The translations under genes were made by a program, and so were the position numbers. A stretch of 64,000 nt of DNA from Candidatus Obscuribacterales bacterium (GTDB taxonomy: Bacteria; Cyanobacteriota; Vampirovibrionia; Obscuribacterales; Obscuribacteraceae), in assembly GCA_965228855.1 (NCBI GenBank), contig CBDDIJ010000002.1, positions 960,001 through 1,024,000 of the forward strand, given 5' to 3'. Under the pieces are notes generated by a model. That model was not told where the DNA came from, did not search any database, and saw only the letters and a program-made list of their open reading frames with translations. Below, piece after piece: positions 21,159-30,330 of this stretch; the first letter of the stretch is position 1; each line of letters opens with the position of its first letter.

Positions 21159-21645
21159 GGTTTCGACCTTTCATTCGGAGTGAGACAAGAAGCTCAGCTG
21201 TGGCTCCCTGTCGGTGCGTGGAATGCGGATGCGAAGGAGGCAACGCTCTAGCTATAAGCGATGCGGCTCCAGGGAAGCGTTAACGGTTTTCCTCTCAGGT
21301 CTCTACACAGACAGAATTACCAGGACGATTCCATGAAGAATCGAACTGGATTTGTTGCTGTAGCGGAAACGCTTGACTGTGGTTGGGTGAGACTCAGTGA
21401 TGAGGAAAAAACGCGTATGTTTTAGACTACTTTTGTGCTTTGCTTCCAAACAACCAACGTTACGACAAGCGACGCACGTCGGGCTGAATCCGGCTATTCA
21501 GGCTGGCACTCTTGATATTGATGTAATTGCCGCAAGCTGACGACGGACGATGTGCGGAAATCACCCGGCTGAATCGAGAAATCTTCGAATGCTTTTGACG
21601 TAAATTCGGGTATAAAACGCCCTATGTCGCTCAAGGATTCTTTTT

Positions 21646-22935
21646 TTGAAACATAAACCGAAATACTGTTCATTTGCGATAGCGATTGGACTTGCCACAG
21701 CTTGTGCCGGTGCGGGCTATGCTGACTATCAGGACAATCGCTCCGAGTCTGCGAGGCTTTCATATCAGGCTGGCAATCTCTTGAAGAGTCAGGATTTTGC
21801 CGGCGCGGAGACGCTCTTGCGGCAAGCTGTTTCGCTTGATTCGTCCAACAAACCCGCGCAGTTCAATCTCGGATGGGTGCTCTACAAGCAAAACAAATAT
21901 CGCGACGCCGTGGATCCGCTCCGGCGTGCCGCTGAACTCGCGCCTGATGACGCCGGTGTGAAGTCGATGCTCGCTCACTGTTACAAGGAGACTGGTGATT
22001 ACAGAAATGCGACCAACCTTCTGGAAAGAGGCTTCTCCAGCGCTTCCAGTGCAAAGGATAAATCACAGATGTTGGAACTGATGGCGTTCTGTTATAGCAA
22101 GCTCAAGGATACGCGACGTACTGCCGATGCTTACAGGCAGCTAGTTGTGCTCAATCCGACCGTCGAGAAATACTTGTTTTATTTTGCTGACTCGTTGCAA
22201 AAAAATGGCAATCTGGCGGAAGCGCAAAAGGTTTACACGCTCTACCAGACCCGGTTTACGAGTGGACCCCATCGCGCGGAAGCTGTCCAGGCTGTAGAAA
22301 AATTGAAACATGAAAGCAAGCCGCCTCAGTGGTTGGGTCGGTGGCCGGCGATGCCTGTGAAAGTTTGCTTGCTCGATCCCGTAACGCCGGTCCGAGGTTA
22401 CCACCAGAATTATCGTGCCCTTGTGGGTCGGGCCGCGCAAACCTGGCAGGAACAGTCGGGCGGGCTAATCAAGTTCGTCTTCGTTGATAAGCCGGAAGCG
22501 GCTCAAATACTCATTCATTGGACGGATGACACGAAGTCGCTCAAGGAGGGTGGCAGTGGAAGCCAATCTGTCGGTTTGACTAATTTGAGAAATTTAAAAC
22601 CGGGTCAAATTTCAGCGGCTGAAATTTCACTGTTGACCATAGACAAAAACACAAACCAGCCGTTCCGGGACCTGGCGCTGGAATCGGTGGCGCTTCACGA
22701 ATTCGGGCATGCACTGGGTTTGCCCCATAGCTCGAGTCCAGCCGATGTGATGTTTCCGTGGGAGAACAACGAAGGAAATACGCACACCAGGCTGAGCGCA
22801 AGAGATCTCAGCTGGATAAAAACCTTGTATTCATTTGGAAACCCTGCTGGCGGGAAAACTGCAAATGAAGTAGACACCCGGTCCGCAGCGACTAAGAAGC
22901 CGGCGGTCATTGTGCGCGGAAAGTCAGCTCGTTGA
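21646..22935 (+). CDS. secreted TPR protein with C-terminal matrixin (M10) metalloprotease domain
   Basis: signal peptide, TPR repeats, HEFGHALGLPHS and Met-turn DVMFP. Confidence 0.88.
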   Translation: MKHKPKYCSFAIAIGLATACAGAGYADYQDNRSESARLSYQAGNLLKSQDFAGAETLLRQAVSLDSSNKPAQFNLGWVLYKQNKYRDAVDPLRRAAELAPDDAGVKSMLAHCYKETGDYRNATNLLERGFSSASSAKDKSQMLELMAFCYSKLKDTRRTADAYRQLVVLNPTVEKYLFYFADSLQKNGNLAEAQKVYTLYQTRFTSGPHRAEAVQAVEKLKHESKPPQWLGRWPAMPVKVCLLDPVTPVRGYHQNYRALVGRAAQTWQEQSGGLIKFVFVDKPEAAQILIHWTDDTKSLKEGGSGSQSVGLTNLRNLKPGQISAAEISLLTIDKNTNQPFRDLALESVALHEFGHALGLPHSSSPADVMFPWENNEGNTHTRLSARDLSWIKTLYSFGNPAGGKTANEVDTRSAATKKPAVIVRGKSAR

Positions 22936-22957
22936 ACGAGCCAATCATTGTTACGAG

Positions 22958-24220
22958 TTACGAGTCGCTTTCGGTATGGCGGCTGTACTGGAACGGTTTT
23001 GGTCCACCGCGCTTCGCTTGCAGGGCTCTAATCATGTTGTCTTGCTGTTGGCGGAAACCGCTCACGCTGCCCTTCCAGCAGAAGATCACGAAGTAAAAGT
23101 CTTGCTCCTGCGCGCGGAACATTCCGACAAGAGCGCTGGTACCACCATCGGTGCCCGGCAGCGTGCCGGTCTTCGCGACCACACTCCCGCGCTCCTGTGC
23201 GTCGGTAAAGCGTTTATCCAGGGTTCCGGGATCGATTCCGGCAACCGGGAAAATGTCCTGATAGTCGAGTTTGCTTGCCTGTAGTTTTGTCCGCAATGAT
23301 TTGAGAATGCGCATCATGTCTTTCGGTTTGACACGGCTTTGGCCAAGACCGCTAGCCGATGCTAGTTTCAGAGACCCGGTCGGAAGTCCTGCTTCTTCGG
23401 TAACAATTGATTCGACTTTGCGTACACCACCGACGGTGCGGCCAATTTGTTCTGCCACACCATTCTGAGAGTAGCTCATCATGCGCTTCAGTGTCTCGCG
23501 CAGCGTTTCCGATTCTATGGAACCGACGTTTTCTCCGGTTGTCGGCGGTGGGGAAACGGCAGCTCCCATCCGTGATGTGACTCTGCTATCAGGTCTTGCG
23601 CTGCGCCAGATCTTCACTAATGCCTTTGCGGACGAAAGAGGATTAGGGCTGGAGCGATACGAGAATGTTGGGTCGACTAGAATTTTTCCGTCAACTTCTT
23701 TGATGCCAGCCTCGACGAGGGTGCGAGAAAGTGCTTCTGCGTCTTTGTGGTCAAATTCGGGATCGTTGCCGGTTACGTACAGGTCTCCTTGAAGCACGCC
23801 GCTTTCCGGATCCAGAATGCCGTCGGTGAGGACAGCTGTTTTGAATCTGTAGTCAGGACCGAATGTCGATAAGGCGCTGTAGGTTGTAATGATTTTGACG
23901 GCTGATGCCGGATTGAACTCCGTTGTAGAGAGTTGATCGAGAACGGTTTCACCGCTTTCAGAATGTACCAGTGCCCCGATCTCCTGACGGGGTCTGGCTA
24001 CGTGCGCGACTTTTGCCTTGCGGCTTCCTTTTGATGAACGCGCCGCTGTTCGCCCCTTCTTAACATGAGAGCTTTTCGTTTTTCCGTGATGTTTGGCTGA
24101 TGCAGTGTGATGCTGTATCACGTGACTGACTCGATGTCTTGCTTCGGCTATGGGAACTGAAAGCGACGCGCAGACTAGTAAAGAAGCCAAAAGACGGCCG
24201 ACCTGCTGACTCACTCGCAT
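22958..24220 (-). CDS. D-alanyl-D-alanine carboxypeptidase/endopeptidase (S13, PBP4-like)
   Basis: PASAVK (SxxK), SQN (SxN), AKTGTL motifs. Confidence 0.88.
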   Translation of the reverse strand: MRVSQQVGRLLASLLVCASLSVPIAEARHRVSHVIQHHTASAKHHGKTKSSHVKKGRTAARSSKGSRKAKVAHVARPRQEIGALVHSESGETVLDQLSTTEFNPASAVKIITTYSALSTFGPDYRFKTAVLTDGILDPESGVLQGDLYVTGNDPEFDHKDAEALSRTLVEAGIKEVDGKILVDPTFSYRSSPNPLSSAKALVKIWRSARPDSRVTSRMGAAVSPPPTTGENVGSIESETLRETLKRMMSYSQNGVAEQIGRTVGGVRKVESIVTEEAGLPTGSLKLASASGLGQSRVKPKDMMRILKSLRTKLQASKLDYQDIFPVAGIDPGTLDKRFTDAQERGSVVAKTGTLPGTDGGTSALVGMFRAQEQDFYFVIFCWKGSVSGFRQQQDNMIRALQAKRGGPKPFQYSRHTESDS

Positions 24221-24485
24221 AAGATTCCTCCGCTACACACAGCTGAACATCGCGGTTTCACACCTTCCGAATTCTTTTGTACCCATGAACATGCCGGTCC
24301 TCTCGCCGCGCGAGAGCAAATTTGAACTTTCATATCCAAGTCGTATTGCCGAATCTGTGCGCCACCCCATGAACTATAGATGTTAGTAACCTTCTATAAA
24401 AAGTCAAGATGGTTTGGGCTGGGACGGCTATTTTTGAAGCTGTACAATATGTCCTCAGTCGACTTTATATATTGGAGAGGATGCC

Positions 24486-26189
24486 ATGCAGCTTGTCGAG
24501 TGCGTGCCGAATTTCAGCGAAGGCCGCGACGAAAGAATTATCAACGCAATAGCAGATGCAATGCGGAAGGTTTCAGGAGTCAGTCTTCTGGACGTCGACC
24601 CGGGTGTGAGCACGAACAGAACGGTCATGACTCTGGTAGGTGGGCCGGAAGCAGTCGTAGAAGCTGCTTTTCAGGGCATTGCCTGCGCTGCCAGTTTAAT
24701 CGACATGCGCAAACACACCGGAGAACATCCTCGCATGGGCGCCACGGATGTTTGTCCTTTCGTTCCGGTTGCGGGTGTGACGATGGCTGATTGTGTGAAA
24801 CTTGCAGAAAAGCTTGGTGAGCGCGTCGGAAAAGAGTTGGGTATTCCGGTCTATTTGTACGGTGAAGCCGCCCGAAAAGAAGAGCGCAAGAGTCTCGCGG
24901 ACATTCGTAAGGGCGAGTACGAGGCGCTGCCAGAGAAGATGAACGATGCCGGGTTCAAACCGGATTTCGGTCCTGCTAGTTTTAACGCTGGCGCCGGCGC
25001 CACCGTAATTGGTGCGCGGCAGTTTTTAATCGCCTACAACGTCAACCTGAATACGAAATCGAAGAAGTTGGCAAACGAAATCGCGTTGACCATTCGAGAG
25101 GCGGGTCGTTCTAAGAGAAACGCCGAAGGCGCGATCGAACGTGATGCGGAAGGCAAAGCGGTAATGGTGGCAGGTACATTGAAATCGTGCCGTGCTGTTG
25201 GTTGGACTGTCGATGAGTACCGGCGAGCGCAAGTTTCAATCAATTTGATCGATCCGTCGGTGACATCATTACATCATGCTTTTGATGAGGTTGTGCGTGT
25301 GGCGGACGGGCTCGGGATTCGGGTCACCGGCAGCGAAATCGTAGGGCTTGTGCCGCTCGGTCCGATGCTGGAAGCTGGTCGCCATTATTTGAAAAAACAG
25401 AATCGCTGCACCGGTGTTTCAGAAGAGGAACTTTTAGAAATAGCGGTTCAGTCGCTGGGACTGGCTGAGTTGGCTCCTTTTGAGCCCAAAAAGAAAATTA
25501 TCGAATATACTGTGGCACCGCAGGCGGTGAATCTTCGTGACATGACGGTCTCGGCCTTCATCGACGAGTTGGCGTCCGAATCGGCTGCGCCAGGGGGCGG
25601 AAGCGTTGCTGCCCTGGCTGGTGCAACTGCTGCGGCATTGACTTCAATGGTCGCTTGTTTGACGTTCGACAAAAAAGGTTTCGAAGCGCAAAAGCCGGTG
25701 ATGAATGATTTGGCGGAACATGCGCAGAAGCTGAAGGCGGAGTTGGTTCGCGCGGTTGATGATGATAAAAATGCGTTCAATAGCATCATCGATGCCAGGC
25801 GCATGCCCAAAGGCAATTCCGAGGAAATCGCTCGCCGGGATCAAGCAATTCTCGATGCGAATAAACATGCCACGCTCGTTCCTCTGCGCGTGATGAAGGT
25901 CTCAGCCAGCACTTTTGACCTGATTGAGGCAGCGGTCGAGAAAGGAAATCCCAATTCCTTGAGCGATGCGGGCGTGGCTGGATTGATGGCGCTCGCGGCG
26001 ACGGAAGGGGCATACTACAACGTTCTCATTAACCTGGATGGCTTTGATAAAGCCGATAAGGGGCAGAGTGAATTCGTCAAGGCAACTGAGAAAGAGGCGA
26101 GCGACGTGATGGAAAAAGCGCGGCAGCGAGCGGAGAAAGTGCGCAAGGCTGTTTTACAGAGATTGTCTCCGCAGGTTTCTCTTGCGTAA
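24486..26189 (+). CDS. ftcD: glutamate formimidoyltransferase / formiminotetrahydrofolate cyclodeaminase
   Basis: LVECVPNFSEGR, GEHPRMGATDVCPFVP, APGGGSVAA, GNPNSLSDAGV. Confidence 0.95.
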   Translation: MQLVECVPNFSEGRDERIINAIADAMRKVSGVSLLDVDPGVSTNRTVMTLVGGPEAVVEAAFQGIACAASLIDMRKHTGEHPRMGATDVCPFVPVAGVTMADCVKLAEKLGERVGKELGIPVYLYGEAARKEERKSLADIRKGEYEALPEKMNDAGFKPDFGPASFNAGAGATVIGARQFLIAYNVNLNTKSKKLANEIALTIREAGRSKRNAEGAIERDAEGKAVMVAGTLKSCRAVGWTVDEYRRAQVSINLIDPSVTSLHHAFDEVVRVADGLGIRVTGSEIVGLVPLGPMLEAGRHYLKKQNRCTGVSEEELLEIAVQSLGLAELAPFEPKKKIIEYTVAPQAVNLRDMTVSAFIDELASESAAPGGGSVAALAGATAAALTSMVACLTFDKKGFEAQKPVMNDLAEHAQKLKAELVRAVDDDKNAFNSIIDARRMPKGNSEEIARRDQAILDANKHATLVPLRVMKVSASTFDLIEAAVEKGNPNSLSDAGVAGLMALAATEGAYYNVLINLDGFDKADKGQSEFVKATEKEASDVMEKARQRAEKVRKAVLQRLSPQVSLA

Positions 26190-27345
26190 CTTCTCGCGTT
26201 TGAAAGAAAAAGTTAAGACGCATTTCGCGTCGAGCACCGCTTTGCTGTCGGTAAGTCTGGGCCTGGCGATCCTTTCTCCGTGCCTTGTTTCGTGTGTTTC
26301 ACAGGAGGCGACTTCGGAAACCAAAGCGATAAAAAAGAAGAAAAGAAAGAGAAGTAAACCGGAACATGAGGATATGCTGGCTCCTCCGAACATGACTCTG
26401 GGTGAGGCGACGCGCAAGTATATTCCGGCTTCTCGTTTCAACGAGGGCACGCCATTGACCGATGCTGATTATGTCAGAGCCGCGGAGGTTGCGATCCATC
26501 AAAGGGATGACGGCAGTTCGATGATGCTGGCTTCGGAAGCGATTCGGCTTAATCCAAAATCCGCTGCAGCGTATTATGTCCGAGGGCGAGCGCGGTATGG
26601 TGGTTTGGCGGATGGTGAGAAGTCCTCGATTGATGACTTGAAGCGTTCTGTTGAACTCGGTTTGGGAGGGCCGAGCACGGCTGGTGCATGGCATAGCCTT
26701 GCTCGGGCTTATGATGCCCAGAAAGACGTTCCACGCGCGATCGAGGCGATCGAAGAGGCGATAAGGCTTCGTCCGGAAGATCAAGCTGCGTACAGAACAA
26801 AGGCTGCCATTCTTACTGCTAACAACAGGAAACAAGAAGCAATCGGCGCTTACTCGATGGCTCTTAAACTGAAGCCGGAAGACGCGGAAATGTACTTCCA
26901 GCGCGGGCAGTTATTTGAGAACCTCAAGCAATTTGATGATGCGTTGAAGGACTATGAAGGAGCAATCGTTCATGGTCGAGAAGGGAATCAGATGCCTTAC
27001 AAGTTGATGGCTTTGAAGCGTGAAGCCTCGATCTATTCACAAGATGGGAAATTTCAGAAAGCCGCGGATGTCCTTTCCATCGCCATCTCCATGGACAAAT
27101 TCGACGAGGAATTGCATCGCTTGCGCGGTGAGGCTTATGAACGGTTGCACAAGTATGCAGAGGCGGTCGCCGATTATTCGAAGGCAATCGAGATGGCGCC
27201 GGACTTTTCGCAACACTCCTACGAGGCTCGCGCCCGCTGTTACGAGAAACTGGGAAAGGTCGATCTTGCTGCTGCAGATTTGAAAGAGTCGAAACGTCTG
27301 ATGGACGCACCGGCCGAAAAACCGCTATATGAGCTAAAGCATTAA
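26182..27345 (+). CDS. TPR repeat protein, probably exported
   Basis: N-terminal hydrophobic segment and multiple TPR consensus repeats. Confidence 0.85.
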   Translation: MRNFSRLKEKVKTHFASSTALLSVSLGLAILSPCLVSCVSQEATSETKAIKKKKRKRSKPEHEDMLAPPNMTLGEATRKYIPASRFNEGTPLTDADYVRAAEVAIHQRDDGSSMMLASEAIRLNPKSAAAYYVRGRARYGGLADGEKSSIDDLKRSVELGLGGPSTAGAWHSLARAYDAQKDVPRAIEAIEEAIRLRPEDQAAYRTKAAILTANNRKQEAIGAYSMALKLKPEDAEMYFQRGQLFENLKQFDDALKDYEGAIVHGREGNQMPYKLMALKREASIYSQDGKFQKAADVLSIAISMDKFDEELHRLRGEAYERLHKYAEAVADYSKAIEMAPDFSQHSYEARARCYEKLGKVDLAAADLKESKRLMDAPAEKPLYELKH

Positions 27346-27658
27346 GGCTGCCAGAAACGGCAAACTACTATAAGGAATCGTGTGGAGTGAGTTCCCGAAA
27401 CGTCATGGGGGAGATGCTTTCGCCCCCTGGGGGCTGATCGCGAGAGGTGTTTGTCTACGATACGTAGCCGGAATTTCGGGAAAGCGTCATAGCCACGTAG
27501 CCAAGTCGGGAAATTCGGAGCGTCACCTTGGTCGAGAGTGCTGCAAAAGCCGATGGCACAACGAGTTGTGGGCGTACGGAGATATGAAAGTATATAGTAG
27601 GAAGATTTGGCTACGCTACGTAGCCGGAATTTCGGGAAAGCGTTGTACGTTAGAGATT

Positions 27659-27893
27659 GACAGCAGACCCAATCAATTGACACCAGGTCCTGCTGTCGGC
27701 AAGGCTATCCGAGGACGCGAGGATAGAGAAACGGAAGAAACCAGGAAAAAGCGTATGACCGCGAAGTCAGGCTATGAGGTTTGGACTTCCGTTTCTGTCT
27801 TGTCCTCTGAGGCTGAACACTATCAGATGCAAATCCTAGAACGATTTAGCATGCGTACAAGGCTCGCCCTGACAAGATTCTATCCGCGTCCTG
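27659..27893 (+). ncRNA. IS110 bridge RNA (target-binding and donor-binding loops); boundaries approximate
   Basis: 5' hairpin 27659-27697; guides GAAAAAGCGT (27745-54), GGCTATGA (27770-77), ACACTATC (27817-24) and CGTACAAG (27854-61) match target and donor halves. Confidence 0.88.
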
Positions 27894-27925
27894 TGTAGGT
27901 TGGCAAGTCTAAATGGAGGCGCATC

Positions 27926-28891
27926 GTGATATCACTTGGGATAGACATCTCTAAAGAGACTGTGGATTGCTATCTGCTCTCGGAACGAGGGCGGAAGTTG
28001 CACGCTGACAACTCTGACAGCGGATTTCGGCGAATTGAGAAGTGGCTGAATCAGCACACCGAAAGCGAAGTACAAATTTGCATGGAGGCCACTGGAAAGC
28101 TCTGGGAGCCACTCGCAGAATACTTCTGCGACAAAGGTTTTGCCGTCAGCGTCGTCAATCCTGTTCAGATCAAAAACTTTGGCAAAAGCCTGTTGAAGCG
28201 TTCAAAGACGGACGCAATTGATGCCGAGGTAATCGCACAGTTTTGCAAACTGATTCAACCGAAGACCTGGACGCCCCTCCCGGACGTGGTCCGGAAGATT
28301 CGCAACATTGAGCGTCACATTGATGCGCTCAAGACCGACCGAACCAGAACCGTGAATCGTACCGAGTCCGGTCGGCTCGACGAACCTGTGAGTATCTCGC
28401 TTCAGCGGCAAATCGAATTCATCAACAATGAGATTTTGCTGCTGGAACAGGCTCGAGACCTCTTGATCAAGTCCGAACCGCAATTTCAGAACGATCTCGC
28501 CTTACTGCAAACCATCCCTGGAGTCGGTTTGATCTCGGCACTCACGTTTCTCACGGAAATTTCCGGCTTGGATTCCTTCGAGTCGTTGAGAGAAGTCGAG
28601 AGCTACTGCGGCTTGACTCCGGAATTGCGCGAGTCTGGAACTTCTGTTCGAGGGCGTCCGAAGATGTCTAAGAAAGGCTGCAAGCGCCTCCGGAAAGTTT
28701 TCTACATGGCGTCTCTGAGCGCAGTTCGATCAAACCCTGCCATTCAAAAATTCGCGACAAAGTTGGCAGAGAAGTGCAAACCAAGGAAAGTCATCTTGTG
28801 CGCCGCCATGCGCAAGCTACTTCGCATCATGATGGCGATCTACAGGACAAAGACACCATTTAATCCCAATCATCTAAGCGTTCATTGTTGA
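27926..28891 (+). CDS. IS110 family DEDD transposase/recombinase
   Basis: GIDISK, MEATG, KTDAIDA, IPGVG, ESGTS, AAMRKL motifs; GGAGG RBS. Confidence 0.97.
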   Translation: MISLGIDISKETVDCYLLSERGRKLHADNSDSGFRRIEKWLNQHTESEVQICMEATGKLWEPLAEYFCDKGFAVSVVNPVQIKNFGKSLLKRSKTDAIDAEVIAQFCKLIQPKTWTPLPDVVRKIRNIERHIDALKTDRTRTVNRTESGRLDEPVSISLQRQIEFINNEILLLEQARDLLIKSEPQFQNDLALLQTIPGVGLISALTFLTEISGLDSFESLREVESYCGLTPELRESGTSVRGRPKMSKKGCKRLRKVFYMASLSAVRSNPAIQKFATKLAEKCKPRKVILCAAMRKLLRIMMAIYRTKTPFNPNHLSVHC

Positions 28892-29170
28892 CAGCGAACA
28901 CACTATCTCATAGCCACGTAGCCAAATCGGGAATTTCGGAGCGTTACCTTGGCCGAGAGTGCTGCAAAAGCTGATAGCACAACGATTTGTGGACGCGTGC
29001 GGATATGAAAGCATATAGTAGAGAGTTTTGTCTACGCTACGCTGCCGGAATTTTGAAAAAGCGTCATGCCTACGCCGCCAAATCGGGATTTAAAGGCCTG
29101 GGCTTTTGAGAGGAAACCCCGTAAAGGCTCATCTGGGCTTTGATTCTGGCGAAGAGGATATATGCTGCCG

Positions 29171-29225
29171 TATAGTAGGAAGAGTCGGGAGAAGTAACGG
29201 GGGGCTCCGAAGAGCCTCCCGCTAC
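29171..29225 (-). terminator. hairpin followed by CTACTATA motif
   Basis: stem 29194-29207/29212-29225; TATAGTAG at 29171-29178. Confidence 0.75.
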
Positions 29226-29236
29226 CCGTTCCTGCA

Positions 29237-29293
29237 TCAGCGGTTGGTGAGGATGCAGATGATGATGATGAGCAGAATGGTGACGAGGTCCAT
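29237..29293 (-). CDS. 18-aa hydrophobic peptide MDLVTILLIIIICILTNR
   Basis: AGAAGGA RBS upstream of ATG; ends just before the terminator; ATC-rich GC3 codons like neighbouring genes. Confidence 0.55.
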   Translation of the reverse strand: MDLVTILLIIIICILTNR

Positions 29294-29391
29294 GCTCGTG
29301 TTCCTTCTCTACGCAGGTGTCGGCATCCGGCCGGCTTCGGTGAGCTAACGCGATGGCTAGCTCTGCCACCGAGAGTGGTGGCGGCGACGTC

Positions 29392-29724
29392 CTAAATCGT
29401 TCCGAACGCTCTGGCTATCGCCATCGAGCCCAGAACCAGCGAGGTCAGAATGATGAGCGCTGCCTTCTTGCCGAACCTGGCATAAAGGCGCTCAACAATC
29501 GACTTGTGCTGGTATTCCGGGTCGTGACGATGAATCAGCCACTTCACGATCGGATTGAGAGGACAACTCTGCAGATAAAGCTGCAGAGCTACGATCACGC
29601 CGAGGGTGGCGTAATACGCAAGCTCCGACATCCAGAGGCGCCCGAACAAAAGAACTGCTGCTGCCAGGGGCAGATGCAGAACATCGAGCGTCTTCCCCAG
29701 GAGCCAGCAGGCTCGGTTGAACAT
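29392..29724 (-). CDS. small membrane protein with CPL motif (DUF2784-like, tentative)
   Basis: about three TM segments, LH and SCPLN motifs; AAAGGA RBS. Confidence 0.6.
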   Translation of the reverse strand: MFNRACWLLGKTLDVLHLPLAAAVLLFGRLWMSELAYYATLGVIVALQLYLQSCPLNPIVKWLIHRHDPEYQHKSIVERLYARFGKKAALIILTSLVLGSMAIARAFGTI

Positions 29725-29876
29725 CAGCAAATCCTTTCGAACTTTTGTGCGCACCCCTGAGAAGCGGCACGACCAGGCAAGCTTCACAGGTGAAACCGCG
29801 GTCGCCTGGCCTTAACGCTTCTCAGAGGCGCGCACGGGCGAGACTGCGCCAGGACTGGTCGAGTGCATCAGATGCA

Positions 29877-30293
29877 TCAACCGGTACCGGCGAAGTCTCG
29901 CGTGATTTCGACCTTACCGCGCAGCAGCAGGGAAAACAGCTCGTCTTTCGCGACTGCTCCCCGTGCCCCGGCTTCGACCATCAACTTGTTGAGCGAAGGC
30001 AGCCCGCTTATCCCGATTACTGGGATGCCGGCTGCCACCAGATACGAGGTCACTTCCGGCCCGTCGATGGGGCTGCCTTTGAGACGAAAGTCGACGAGCG
30101 CGAGCTCGTAGTCTCCGTCCCGCAACACCGTCTCGGCGCCATCTTCCGACATGAGAGTCAAACCGCTGCCATCGGGCGACAACCGCGCTCGCACGAACCA
30201 CGAAACGCCGTGATTCGTTTTCTCGAAGACGGTCATGAAAAGCTCGCCCAATACCAGGTCATCCTCGACGAAGAGGATTTTTTGTGACGGCAT
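29877..30293 (-). CDS. single-domain response regulator
   Basis: ILFVEDD, LVDFRL, GISG, K. Confidence 0.8.
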   Translation of the reverse strand: MPSQKILFVEDDLVLGELFMTVFEKTNHGVSWFVRARLSPDGSGLTLMSEDGAETVLRDGDYELALVDFRLKGSPIDGPEVTSYLVAAGIPVIGISGLPSLNKLMVEAGARGAVAKDELFSLLLRGKVEITRDFAGTG

Positions 30294-30330
30294 AGTGCCT
30301 CCCGTTTAGTGCGTGACGCAGGCGAGCTTC

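Larger units (their letters stand above)
27644..28908 (+). mobile_element. IS110-family (IS621-like) insertion sequence
   Basis: ends defined by the empty site AAAGCGT|CATAGCC in repeat unit 1; no long terminal IRs; rejoined ends ACACTATCTTGTAC. Confidence 0.93.
27451..29086. repeat. 156-bp tandem repeat array (about 2.4 units) interrupted by an IS110 element
   Basis: units start TTG(T/G)CTACG at 27451, 27607 and 29028; 29028-27607 minus the 1265-bp IS equals 156. Confidence 0.9.

Noticed and set aside
27451..29086. CRISPR array interpretation of the 156-bp and 52-bp repeats
   Set aside because: Units are contiguous tandem repeats without unique spacers, and no cas genes are in the window
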